64,000 nt of DNA from the human T2T-CHM13v2.0 reference genome, Homo sapiens, in assembly GCF_009914755.1 (NCBI RefSeq), contig NC_060944.1; one strand, 5' to 3'. The notes under the pieces are model-generated. The model had not been told where the DNA came from, searched no databases, and was given only the letters and a program-made list of their open reading frames with translations. The translations under genes and the position numbers were made by a program. Of this stretch, positions 39,941-61,845 are shown in pieces (within the stretch, counting starts at the first letter, position 1; every line of letters starts with the position of its first letter).

Positions 39941-41522
39941 TCCTCCTCTTGAATTTGCACATTCTTCTCTTTACCTTTGGGCAGGGAGGAGGGGTGACTG
40001 GACCGGAAGCATCTGTGAGTCATGTGACATTCAGGTTTGAGCACAAAAAAGTTCCAAACTTAGAGAAATGTTACAAGGGTATTAATCTTGTGCTAACTTT
40101 GAAAAGAACCAGCAATTGTTACCACTTTGCCCCTTTGCTGAACTGCCCTCTCTCCGTTTATCACGTTATGTGGTTGTGGAACTGTTTCCCAGTAAGCTGC
40201 CAGCATCAAAACGACCTTGAAGCACAGTGCTTCATAATATGGGATCTCCTGGAAACAAGGACTTCCACTTAGAACCACCCTGCCATGATCAAAGTCAAGA
40301 AATGGAACACTGATACAATACTATTTTCCAGTGTACACAATCCTTATTTGAATTTTGACAATGATCCTCATACCATCCTCTATAGCAGCCCTCTTCCCTG
40401 GTCCTGGATCCAGCCCAGGATCATGGGGTGCACTGTCAGTACTCAAGGGCAGCCTGGGATCTACACACTAGACAGAGGTGAGAAGCAGTCCCAGTCCAGG
40501 CACTCTTAGGACACAGTGCTTTCTTCTTCCCCACCTCTGGGTTTCTCTTCTGGTTTATAGCTCAGGCCCTTTGGCTGTGTGTTTGAGCTCCTTTGGGAGT
40601 AAGCAGAAGCGATTTCCCCCAGACACTCCATCGTTAGGAACTTTCCTGATTGTGTTCCTGACCTCACATCCTGGGCCCCACCAGGCCTGTAGAAGGAACA
40701 CAAGGTTTAGGAGTCAAGCCTGGGCTTGGGGCACAGGAAGCACAGGCCCCTCATGGACCAGGCTGGGCTCCAATGCTTCAACCAAGGTCACGGGTCTGGC
40801 GAGAGGCAGGGGAGGGAAGGACCTCCAGGGCTTCTCGCTCTGAGTTCAGTAGTCTTGCCTGTCCTGAGTCCCTGTCCTGAGAGATGGTGTCCTTGAGCTG
40901 CTCCAGAGCTAGGAGTGCTCTCTTCCTAAGTAAGCCAGAGTTCCAAGAGTGCAGGATCTGGCCACATCTACCTCCTTCATTCCCTTGTCTGCAGCGCCCA
41001 AGGTGAGCCCAGCCTATGACAGGTCCCCGTCCATAGCTGTTCAAAGAATGGGGGCAACCTCAGGGTGCCCGGCAGACGTTAAAGAGAGGCCTCAAGAGGT
41101 GGTTGCTCACCGGATGGTGGTTGTCCACATCCTCGGGGCTTCAGGAGTGAGGCCTTGCCCTGTACCTGCCCACCTGCACCTCGACAGCTCAACAGGCACA
41201 AGGCAGCGTCCACCGGCTCTCCCCTTCCGAGCCAGGGCTCTCACGCCTTCTCAGGGAGTCCCTTCCCCATCTTCCTTGGAAGCTTCCACCTTCTGTCCTC
41301 CAGGCGGTGGGGAACTGCCACCCTCCTGGGCAAGGATATGGAGCTGGTGTTTGGCCTGGATGCCCTTGCCTGGTTGGAGGTAATAAAGCCTAGGGCTGGC
41401 TTTCGACGATGATAGAAACTTGGTGGCAGGGGAGGTACTGAGGACCAGGAGACAGAACAGCTGCTTTCAAGCTGCTGAGTACCCAGCCTGCTGCCACTCC
41501 TGTACACCGCATGAGGGAATGC

Positions 41523-41818
<296 letters not shown>

Positions 41819-42633
41819 TCTAAGGGAATACAATTGGGAGTCCGTTTTGCTCTTGGAGAATTCAGGGTCTGGTAAAGGGACCCTATGGCAAACATTAAGA
41901 CCCCAGACACCATGAGCTGAGATGGGACGACAGAGCAGGGGCTGGGAAGGGTGCTGGGGCACAGCCCAGCCCTGGCATGGATAGGGCAGGGGTCCAAGAG
42001 ACCTGCAGGACACTGCAGAGTAACTTGCATACAGGGCGAGAGAGGGCATGTGGGGGAGGGCGGGCAGACAGTGCCTGATGCAGGCCATCCCGGGACCTGG
42101 GACCTGCGAGGCCCAGTTGTGGAGCCTCCTGCTGTGGCGGGGCACGGGGCTTCTGGGGACCAAAGTCTGGAAAAGGGGCCGGGAAGATGGACAGGGAAAG
42201 CCCTTGGAGGTGGTCTGGTTACCTGGGTGAGCTAGGAGCCACAGTCATCATACCACGGTCACTAGGGCCAGCATGGTCACCTAGAAGCCTGCAAACAGTG
42301 CCAGCCTCCAGGCCCTGTGCCCCGAGGTGGCCTTTAATCTTGCACTCACTCTCTAGGAAATGATGGGGCAGTATTCTGTGTTGAGGGAGGAAAAACACTC
42401 CCTTCCAAAAGCATGACAGGCAGAAAGCAGAGAAGGGCCAGGACTGGCTGAGGGCGGGGAGCTGGGCCTCTGGGGTGGACACACCCTTGGTCACATTGTG
42501 AGGGTAGCTTGGTTGGCCAGTCCCACCACTGCAGTGACCACAGTTGTGTTGGGCTCACACCAGTGAACCGAAGCTCTGGATTCTGAGAGTCTGAGGATTC
42601 CGTGAAGATCTCAGACTTGGGCTCAGAGCAAGG

Positions 42634-47896
<5,263 letters not shown>

Positions 47897-48602
47897 CTGT
47901 GAGAGAAGCTGTGCCGCGGAGTCGCTTACAGAACAGTTTCTCATTAGATGAGTGTTTCTCCTGCAGCACTCCAAAACCCACTCTGCACTGCAGCACAGTG
48001 AATGATATGCACTCACCATTAGCTTCGACACAGGGACTGAGGGAGACAGGTGGGGAGCAGCTGACAGGCATTAGGGTCTTTGCTGACATCTACTAACCTT
48101 GAAGAGTTTGATGTTCAGTGCATACTTATTAACTTAAAAAAATAGCAAATTTATTGTAAAGTGCTCCCTTTGTTTCAAAGTGTTTGCCAGGCATCCAGAC
48201 TACACGTGTGGATTTGCAGGGAGCCACTGGAGTTGGTGTTACATTTTTATACTTTAGCAGCACTGATAGGCACCCTGGAATCCTCACTTGGTATCCGAGG
48301 GCTACTAAGACTCTTTCCTTAGGTTCTTTCCTCTGAGCAAACACTGACTGGCATCCTGCTTTCCAGTGCCTGCCAGCCTCCAGAAGAGCCAGGTGCCTGA
48401 CTAGTACATGGGGAGCTACAGAGCCAAGGTCAATGTGAGTCAACATCCACTAGAAATATCCATGTTGTGTAGACCTGTGCATACAACATGCTAACTGGAA
48501 AAGAGGAAAAAAGAAAAGCCACAGTCCTCTCCACAAAAATACCTGGTCCAAACAAGAAAAACAAAAAGACAAGCAAAACTAAAGAACTGCAGTCTTCTGA
48601 TC

Positions 48603-48608
48603 TTTATT
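48603..48608 (-). terminator. Candidate ATP5F1E distal polyadenylation signal inside the TUBB1 3'UTR
   Basis: AATAAA on minus, followed on the minus strand by a long GT/T-rich tract (plus-strand A/C-rich 48540-48590). Confidence 0.55.
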
Positions 48609-49741
48609 TCTGAAGAGCTAGCCTTTAACATATATGTTTATATAGTTTAAATTTCTTACTACTGTTAGATCCCAGGAATTCATTAATAATCATCCTTGGC
48701 TTTCCTTTTAAAGGCTATTTTGAAATGGTCTTTTCACTTTCATTCAGTCATCACCCCCCAAAATGCTCTGCAGCCTCTCTGCTCTTTGAGAAAGGGCACA
48801 CCATGCGCTCGGCAACCATTCAAATGCAGGAATTAAGCAGCAATGGCTGCAGTGTCCTTCTCAGTTATGGAGGACATCGTCTCATTAGGGAACTTTTACA
48901 GTTCAAATTAATTTGCAGAAGTTGCCATAAATGTTTGCATAATGACATAGCTTTAAGCACTACATGATTTTAATCTGCTCACATTATAACAGGACCAAAT
49001 ACACAAGAGCGTAATCAAATCATCTGTAACTTCTTAATTACAGTTTACCTATTTCTGACATGCAGCACTGCCATCTCTTCCAGCACCATCAGGGTTTTAA
49101 TGGCCCTCTAGAATTACCACTGAGATACACTATTTGATCCATGGATAACCGGTAATGGGAAAATGCTCCGACCCTCAATGCAGTAAATATTTACTTGCAG
49201 GCAACTGGGTTCTCATCTCTTGATTTGCTTTTGTAATCAGCAATAATAAAATAGCAGGTAGATGGATGACAGTTGCTCATTCTGAGAAACTTCACTCTTT
49301 TCACTTATGCATCACGAGGAAATAACTAAAATACATACCAAGAGAAAAATACCTTGCCATCGGATCATCAACAAGTCTTCTATTTACAAACTTCAAAAAA
49401 CACAAAACAACATTCATGTTTTAAATGCTTTCTACTTGTGGTTCAAGAAGCACTAGATTTAGTAAGAAACTCTACCTATATACTTAGTTTGAAGTTAGTA
49501 ACTTCCTGAGATGCTAAAGACTTACAGCCTGCGATTATACAAGGATTTACACATGCTTCCTCTGGTGCTTTACTTCCCAAACCTAAAAAAGCAATGAAAT
49601 AGATGTAAGGAAGGAGGGATTTAAACCTTTTAAAAAACTTTTGCTGACTTATATTACTGTAAAGATTTGTTTGCTCAATAGTAATCATTAAACTACAAAG
49701 TAATTCAATTTTAAATGGCAAAATTGCTTTATTTCAGACTA

Positions 49742-49747
49742 AATAAA
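49742..49747 (+). terminator. TUBB1 polyadenylation signal (long 3'UTR)
   Basis: AATAAA ~1.85 kb after the stop; consistent with my recollection of the annotated gene end. Confidence 0.6.
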
Positions 49748-50291
49748 TTCCTTTTCTTGAAGCCTAACCATCCAGACTGAGTAGTTAAAAATATTTAGAA
49801 ATGCATCTCACCATCCTACTCTTTCGTATGGTAGAAATAGATGTAAAAACACAAAACAAACTAGAAACTTAAGAAATCTGTCCCTTTTGATTTTGAAGAG
49901 CTTATCCTTTAGCAGTACGGTTGCTCCAGCGACCTTGGTCTCTCAGAGCAGCAGCATCACCGAAATTTAGAGCTTATCCGATTCCTTCACTTTGCTCACA
50001 AGAACGATGTGAACTAAGAGATTAACTGACAGCTTCAAACATCATCCAACTAGTTAGTGGGATACTCATTAAGTTGGTCTGACTGGGGTCACCTCATCAC
50101 TGGGCACAGTCATCCTGCCAGCTACCCAGCACTGCTGGAGGCAGGAAGTTTATTATACTACTGGTTTAGGATTTTTTTTTAATCACGGAGAAAAGAGCCT
50201 CTAAGAATCTCTGCTGACAGTAAACTTGTCTTTTACTCAGTGACTTCACTCCTTTCCATATCACAAGCCCTGTCCCTAAGTCTCACCTCTA

Positions 50292-50576
50292 ATTACCCCA
50301 TCTGCCTCCTTAATAATATACCATCTCTATACCAATAATCTACCAATATACTACCAATCTACTATGCCATCTATATACCAGTAATACCCCATCTGCCTCA
50401 ACATACCATATACCAATAATCTGCCAATATACTACCAATCTACCATACCATCTATATACCAGTAATACCCCATCTGCCTCCTTAACATACCATCTATATA
50501 CCAATAATCTACCAATATACTAGCAATCTACTATGCCATCTATATACCAATAATACCCCATCTGCCTCCTTAATAA
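50292..50576. repeat. Compound minisatellite, ~3.3 copies of an 81-91 bp unit
   Basis: ACCCCATCTGCCTC recurs at 50295, 50386, 50467 and 50555, with internal TACCAAT / CCATCTATATACC subrepeats. Confidence 0.85.
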
Positions 50577-51818
50577 ATGACTTATCTCTAATTACTTGAC
50601 TGGAAATCATTTAGCCCCTTTGCCTATTAGTTACTTTATTCGTCCCATGTCAAAAAGGCCCGATAGCTTTTTGATTCATTTATTCCTGTTCCCTGTAATG
50701 GAGGATACTTCCTAGTACCTTAATCTTGGGGGCCACAGCACTGAACTGAGGTGCCCTAACTTGCCAACAGCAGGATGACAGCTCCGAGGCGGAGGACTCC
50801 AAGGGCTCCTAACCTGCTGTTTTCCAGAGGCACCCTCTTCCACTCAATCGGCTCTGCCTCCCTGCTCGCTCTGTGCTGAGAATTCAGTAAAACCTACAGG
50901 TCAAGTGTCGGGACAATAAGTCATTCCCAGAAGCCGAGAACAAAGATGTTCTTTTCGGCTTATCCTCGGCATTGCTGACAGTGGCCCTGATAAATCATTG
51001 TGAGCTTAAGTACCATGTGAGAACTGATCCTAGAATGGTGTTTCAAAATTTCCAGTTCAAATTTATTTCTCCAGTCTCCAAAAACAGTTAAAATCAGGCA
51101 GTTAACTTTGCAATGGTGTTTTACTTGCCCAAGCCCTTTCAAGTTTCAAAGAAAGATAAAAACATAACTTGCAACAATTTTTCATCCCTAAATAATGAAT
51201 GAATGAATCACTATGGAAATACCACGAAACTGCTGTTGTGGTCACCGTGTCCCAGACTTGCAGTCAAAACTCCTAGGTTTTAATTTCAGTTTGGCCATCA
51301 ACTCAATGAGCAAGTTATTCAATAGCTTTGCCTCATTTCCTATGAGAAATGCTACCAGAGTATAAAGATTCATTTACAAAACAATGTGAAAAACACTTTG
51401 TGCTTAAATTCTGTAACCGTTCTTATCTATAGGCTTTAAGTGCACAATACAAAACAAGTACAATTTAGTATTTCTTCTTCTAATCTACACTTTTAGTATT
51501 TAATAATTATTTCCATTTGTTACTGATAACCATGTCATTATTCTGACATGACAACAATTCAAAAATAAGGGACTACGAAGCCTCAATGACAGCAGATAAT
51601 TTTGATCACCAATTAATGTCATGAAACAACTATTTTGAGACATTTTCAAAATGCTTTCTGTATCCCTTTGGTCACTAAATATTAAATCTGGCTTCCCCTG
51701 CTTTTAAGAAACCCTGGTTCACATGGCCATAATCATGCAGCTGTGCAGACAGTTCCTTTAAAGAAAATGAAAAAGTCTCACAAACTAAAATCAAGAGTAA
51801 CAGTGAACCATATTTCAA

Positions 51819-51824
51819 TTTATT
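51819..51824 (-). terminator. ATP5F1E proximal polyadenylation signal
   Basis: AATAAA on minus, ~130 nt into the last exon, followed by a T-rich downstream tract. Confidence 0.75.
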
Positions 51825-53418
51825 GACATTGTCAATTTATGAACAAGACAGGATTTTTTTTTTTCCCATGGAATGAGATCCTTTTCAATCTGCCATAACA
51901 TGTGCCCACACATCTTCACCTTGGAAATGTAGCATTTCAAGCTTTAGTCAGGGTCTAGGAGGAAAAAGAAAATGCAAGTTGCTGGCTAGTTCTCTGTGTT
52001 TTCTTAAAAACTCAACATGAATATAAGAAATAACTTCCTTATAGTGAACTGTATAACTGTGGCTATCATTCACATTGCCGTGGCTCAGATGTAAAAAGTG
52101 CTGGTTCAAGTACACAGGCTTAGTCAAGCAGGCATTTTCCTGCTGAGTAAAAGTAAACACTCTCCCAGAATAAAGAAACTACTTTGCCTTTAAAAGACAC
52201 TAACATCTCCTTGTGCTAATGAGGTGGGGTCTGTAACCCTGAAGGGCATAACAGAGAGGGGCTAATGCTTTGTTTAAGGGGATCGGACACTACTTCCTGA
52301 CCCCCAGGACTTTGCAAAATCTCAGCATTAGATGCAGTCTGGCAGCTCTGAGCCGAGTGAGGCTAAATGATTTTCTGTTAGCTTACTGTTAAAACAAAAC
52401 AACCCAACATAAAACCAGGTCTCATTACTCAGAATTATGAGATTAGACAGAGAGCCCCTAGAAAAAGGGCTAAATTCAAAACACTGCATCTCCAGACTTG
52501 TAATAAAATATTTACTAATTCAAAATGAAAATGAAAAGTGCTTAGGGGAGACAGTTCCAATAAGTAAAATTGCTCATAACCATAAGCTGCCAAAGGATTA
52601 ATATTTATCACATTTCTGTGCTATTATGGGTCTGAAGCTTTTTAAAAGCAAAACAAGAAAAATTAAATCTGAAAAACATCTCTCTGATAATTTGCCTTGC
52701 CTACTTTTGAAATAACAATGTCAAGAAAGTACTTTAGAGATCAAACCACTTTTATAATGTGGAACACAAAAGTCTACACTTATCAACTGTACAGACCTTT
52801 TTATTTCACGAGAATTTAACTTTACATCACCAACATCTTTGGAAAAGTAAAATGAACCAAACCCTCTGAAAGCATAATAAATTAGCAAAACAGTATTCGC
52901 TGCGGGGTCTTGCAGATTTTATTGCTTGATACAACAGCAGGACCCTTGCCTGTGCCTGTAGTTATTATGTTCGGGAAGTAGTGATTTGTGAGAACATTAG
53001 TGGTTGTGGGGGAAATAAAAATGTAAAGAACTGTAGTTTTTCATGCTCTTGGACTGTTATGTAACTCCAATTGCAATTATACAAGTGGGGAGTTCATCCT
53101 CCAAATTATTTGATTTGTGCAGACAAATGAAACAGGTTTAATTCAAATACGATGGCTCTCTACCTAAGCATTGCTAAATGAACTGAAAATCAATGTGCCA
53201 ATTACTTCTGCTTGTCAGGGCCCAAGAAGACTTTCTTTTTATTAGGCCAGGGGACTTCTATAACCTGCATGCTTTAAATTATACCATCCCAATAACTAAC
53301 TTCCAAATACACTGACTAAAAAATGAATAGAACCCAAAACTAAAATTATTTTGATCTTTATGGTGCTCCAAAAACTTAAGATGCAACTGTTCTTCTAAAT
53401 AAATCCATAACTTACAGA

Positions 53419-55364
53419 TTATTCCTTCTTTACTTTCACAATTTTTACGTTGCTGCCAGAAGTCTTCTCAGCATTTGCTTTGAATTCTGTCTTCAGTGCA
53501 TCTCTCACTGCTTTTGCACAGATCTGGGAGTATCGGATGTAGCTGGGAGAAAATGAGAGAAGGTATATGGTTAATTATCAATATTCCAGCCAGACAGCTG
53601 TTACTGTGTTTTCGCTTTTCTTCCTGTACTTTTTATTTTGGTTTGGTTGTACCTTATTGTAGAATTGGATTTAAAAATATGACTAATGCCAAAAAGTATC
53701 TATACAAAGAAAAAGAACTAGAAAAAAATGTACCAAAGTATTAACTGGTGTTTGGATGGATGATCTTTGATTTTTCTTCTTTGTACTGTGTTTTCTCTTT
53801 AGTGTATATTAATTCAAAATGAAAGATGCATAAATGTTTTTAAAAATCCCACAGCATAGAAAAAAAGAGACTGAAATGTTTAGAGACTATAACATGAATC
53901 ATGAATTCTCTCCTCGATTTCTCTCCTTAAAACTTTAATTATATTATTCTTGGAAAATGAGGTATACATAAGAGAAAACTATTTTGAATTAAAACAATTC
54001 GTTCTAAATTATTTAAACTCTTCTCTGAGAATACTGAATTCTGTCTCACAAGTCTGCCACTGAAAATAACCTCCTAATGAAGATTTCTAAATCAAACTGA
54101 AAAGTGCTTAGAGAACATCATCAATTCTAGCAAAACTGTAAAACCTGCTTCCTGTTTGGTAGATGGACTCCCATCAACACTGTAGTTTCCAAAAGATGTC
54201 AGATCACCTTTCCCACTTTTGAAAAACAGGAAGCGGGGAGGGGTGCTATTTTCTCATGTTTTAGAATTTATTTTGGGGACTCAGAGGTATGAGTTCCAAT
54301 GCCTGCTTCCATTCTTACTAACTGGGTGACCTTCAGGCTGTTCAACCTTTTCAGCACGTTTACTCACTCACCTGAAAAAAACAACAGAATAAAAGGACAA
54401 TAATACCTGTCCTGCTGATAGCTGGGAGGAGGAAAAACAAGTGTGAAAAAGTATGGATCACAGGGTAGGTTGCCTAATAAACGGTATCTACTACTGGGAC
54501 TATCATCCTTCCATCCTTCCAATTCTACAAGACTTCGCTGGCTTGACCTCAGCAAGTCGGGAAGCTCCGCTGTAGTGTACCCACAAAATGTAAAGTGCTA
54601 CACCATCCAGTCAACTAACAAGGTGTGTCACCTAGAGCAAGGTACTTCTGCTCACTCAGGTGCACGGGTAAAAAAAAATCGGATGTGACAGCTAGACCAA
54701 TGGTTTGCGGTTCCACTATGAGACACCATGTCCTCAAGTGGGTTCCATATTTGAGCTTTCCAGGAGCCACCTCTCATCTTTGTGAGGGGCTCTCGACAGT
54801 TATGGCTTTCACCCCTTTTAGACATAAGGAAACCTGAAATCAACAGGACTTAAAAGTTTAAAAAAAAAATGTGTAAAGTTGTAAAAGGCTCCACCTCGAT
54901 GCTGGATTAAAGGTCAAAGCTGCTAACGGCGGTCACGTGGAGAGAAATCTCCTGTTTCCCGAGGTGGATGTGACTGTACTACTTTCACCACCTGGCTCCA
55001 GCACCATTCTAGAAGAAAAAGGTTTGCTGAATAAGAGCTGGCCTCTCTCTCGAGAAACCTGCCATTCACAAAGGTGTCCAGGGGCACTCTGTGGGTGCTG
55101 GGCCGCACCGTCGGGAAGCGAGGCAGGACACAGACGCGCTCCCACGCGAGGTCGAGGCCGCGCCCGCCTGAGCGCTTTGCCCACAGCGACGCCATCTTGG
55201 CGGCGACGCCCGAGGCTTGGCCCAACCCCGGTCACGCGTGGGGCCGCTGCTCTGTGTCCTGCATGACCTCTGGGCACCGGGATGCGCGCGGGCCGGCTCG
55301 CGAAGCCCTTCCCTCTGGAGGCCTGGGCCTACCTGAGTCCAGCCTGTCTCCAGTAGGCCACCAT
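53419..55364 (-). CDS. ATP5F1E: Mitochondrial ATP synthase F1 subunit epsilon, 51 aa
   Basis: Coding exons 55364-55333 and 53542-53419 = 156 nt: [51 protein letters not shown]. Exon 2 donor follows 53416; the non-coding last exon starts at 51954 after a pyrimidine tract and TAG. Not in the ORF track because it is short and spliced. Confidence 0.96.
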
Positions 55365-55850
55365 GCTGTAGCGAAAGCGGAGCTCGTCGGGCCGAATCGC
55401 CAAGACGCCGGCAATGTCGGTTCAGCCGGGCGGTTCAGCCGCAGGAAGATCAGACCACAGAAGCGGAAGAGGCGGGGCGTGCGGACCTGCCAATCACCGC
55501 CTCCTACCCGGCCCCGCCCCTGAGCACGGCCCCTGCTGCCCTGCCGCGGAAGCCCCCCGGCGCCGGGAGCCAATGGGCGCGCGCGGTCTGGACTGCGGGT
55601 GCCAATCCCGGGGCGGGCCGGCCGGCCGCGCCCACCTATTGGCTCCAAGAGCTCCCGGGGCGTGTGTCCCCCGACCTTCCGTATTACCCCGGCGGGGACG
55701 ACCGGGGCAAGAAGGCCGGGGTGTCCCCGCTCGCTAAGGACCACTGAGCCGCGTGCTTTCGGGAAGCGAGGACGCGAGGCGGCGCGGGCACGGCCGCCCC
55801 GAGGGCCTGGCTTTGCGCCCGCTTCAGGGAAACGGCGCCGGCTTTTTTAA
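55050..55850. promoter_or_regulatory. CpG island / ATP5F1E promoter
   Basis: CpG-dense; several CCAAT/ATTGG boxes (~55490-55640), GC boxes, CGGAAG ETS/GABP cores and YY1 motif CGCCATCTTG 55190-55199. This set is typical of nuclear OXPHOS genes. Confidence 0.88.
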
Positions 55851-56274
55851 ATCTGTGGACAGACAAGCGTGTCCTGAGAGCTGAGATTTAGAAAGGCTCT
55901 TAGGGCACCCCCTTTCTCGGAGTGACACTAAACCCTGGAAACCCAGTGGAGGACCCCCTAGCGTTTTCTGTAGTTCTAGGACCTGCTTCCGATGTGCGAC
56001 AAGACGAAGGGTAAGGCAACAGTTGTCACTGTTGCCCGGAATGGATGGGAAGAAAAATGTGAGGAAAACCCACTGGAGGCACAGGGAACTGCCAGGCGGC
56101 CGGGAAAATGCTCATCTCAGAGCCTGTGATTTAGAGAAACTAACCCAACGCAGTGAAGGCTCACAGTCTAGGAATTAAAGTGTTTCTCTCATAAAGAAAA
56201 AAAAGCCTTTGCCCTTCACCTTTAATTACTAAAAAGAAATTATAATCAGGAAAAACATCACTTAAAAGAAAGTT

Positions 56275-56280
56275 TTTATT
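56275..56280 (-). terminator. PRELID3B polyadenylation signal
   Basis: AATAAA on minus ~1.8 kb after the stop, followed by T-rich sequence. Confidence 0.65.
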
Positions 56281-58110
56281 AACAAAAGTTTTCCTTAATT
56301 CACATTTCAACTTTATTAAATAGTCCAAGGGTTTCATTTATGAACACTTATTCCAGTTTAGTTCTCTTAAATTCATTTGCTTGTTGTGCATTTATGTTTA
56401 AAAAGGTAACTAACTGCACTGGAAAATGAAAATTTATAGTTTTATCAATAGGTCAGTTTTTAAAAAAGGATAAGGATTTAAAAATATTAGGGCATTACAC
56501 CTTTTTCAGAACAAGGATAATTTACAGAAATTATACAAAGCAGATTTTCATCAAATATCAATTATTTAGCGATGTTTTATTTAGCTGAAATGTTATTTCA
56601 CTTGTAAAAACTATCTCCGGTTACAAAAAAAAATCAGAAACCTTATTAAATTTAACCTGCTTTTACAAATGTCCTAAGAAGTCTTAAGCTAAACAAAATT
56701 TAAGTAGGAAAACGATAATTTAAAAATAGTGTGTTATACTATTTCTGTGGTTTATGTACATATATTAACTGGTCTCTTGGATAGGAAACATGACTAGAAG
56801 TTTATCACACTAAGCACTGTAAAATAAAGGCAAGAGCTAATCATCTTCTAGCAAAAATAGTCTCTATGCAACAATTGCAAATGTCAAAGCTATTATTTAG
56901 TAGTTAATTGCCTGCTACAATACATAAAACAAAGTACATTTACTGGATTGTTTTTCAGTTTGCAGCTGCCCTCTTGACATCCCAAATAAGGAATTCCCGT
57001 TAAGTAAAACCTGCAGTGCAATTCACTCAGTGGTTAGTTTCAGGCCAAGCCTCCCCCTACCATTATGCTTGTTCTTCCCCACCGCCCCCAAATCCTGCAG
57101 TGGCACCGTATTATTAAAAACACTAAGTACCTGGGATTTATGCCTCAGAGCAAGACATCATTTGAGTAATTTCAAATGATACACAGCTCCTTCATGTAAA
57201 AAAGATGTTTTGTGGTCACAATTACTTCAAAAAGTAATTATATTCAAATAACCTGACATATCATGCCTTAGCAATTACAAAACCATGATTTTGACACATG
57301 GCAATTTTTAAGTTAGGCAAATGTAAAATGCTAAAAGATGTGAACAGCTGTTCTTCTGTTTAAGTTAGAGCACTGCAAAACTCAGGTAATGACTTTATTT
57401 TTTTCAGTTAACATAACCAGCCCACGATACAGCATACTAAATCACAAAGTACAAATCCAAGGAAGTTAATACCTTTACTAAGTTACAAAACTTGGGCAAA
57501 TCAATACAGTACTCTTTTATAATGAAACCATACTTTTGTTGGAGTCATGTTACTTTAGTGATAATTTTCACTCCAAAAATATTTAAGTACCAAATCAAAA
57601 CACTGGTTTTTAATGGTGGTTTATAGCATAGTAAGGTATTTTACACAAAATATATTTTAAAACTACACAATTTCTCCTTTTAAGTGAGCTCCCTTGTGCA
57701 AGCTGCTGAAGTGTACAGCAGCAGGGCAATGGGCGTCTATAGGAGGTGGCTCTGCTCTGTTCTGGGGTTGGTCCAAAGTCAGGTGGAGTTCCAATGTATG
57801 AAAAGCTTGAAAAATCTACCTTAAGGAGACTGAATATCAATACCAGTTTCCAAGGAGTTCTTGTTGAATTTTCACAGAAATACTGGAACCCTCAAAATCA
57901 GATAGTAATTTCAAACAACATTAATTTCAGATGATCCCTTTTATTTAGAGGCCCTGCATCTGTTTTGATCAAGTCACATAGCCTTACACCAACTTATCAA
58001 AAAAAAAAAAAAACTACCCAAAATATAGTTGTATTTTTAAAATAACAAATAAATATATAGTCAGTTTGGAGAGACCTGGAGTACCCGATGTTGTCTACCA
58101 ACTGTCAAGA

Positions 58111-61845
<3,735 letters not shown>

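Noticed and set aside
48150-48155. Additional minus-strand AATAAA closer to the TUBB1 stop
   Set aside because: Such hexamers are frequent in this AT-rich region, and there is no clear supporting downstream element.
50292-50576. Repeat array superficially resembling a CRISPR repeat-spacer structure
   Set aside because: The 'spacers' are themselves homologous, the context is a primate genome and there are no cas genes; it is a minisatellite.
54923-55866. ORFs of 100-170 aa around ATP5F1E exon 1
   Set aside because: CpG-island artefacts with no domain similarity.
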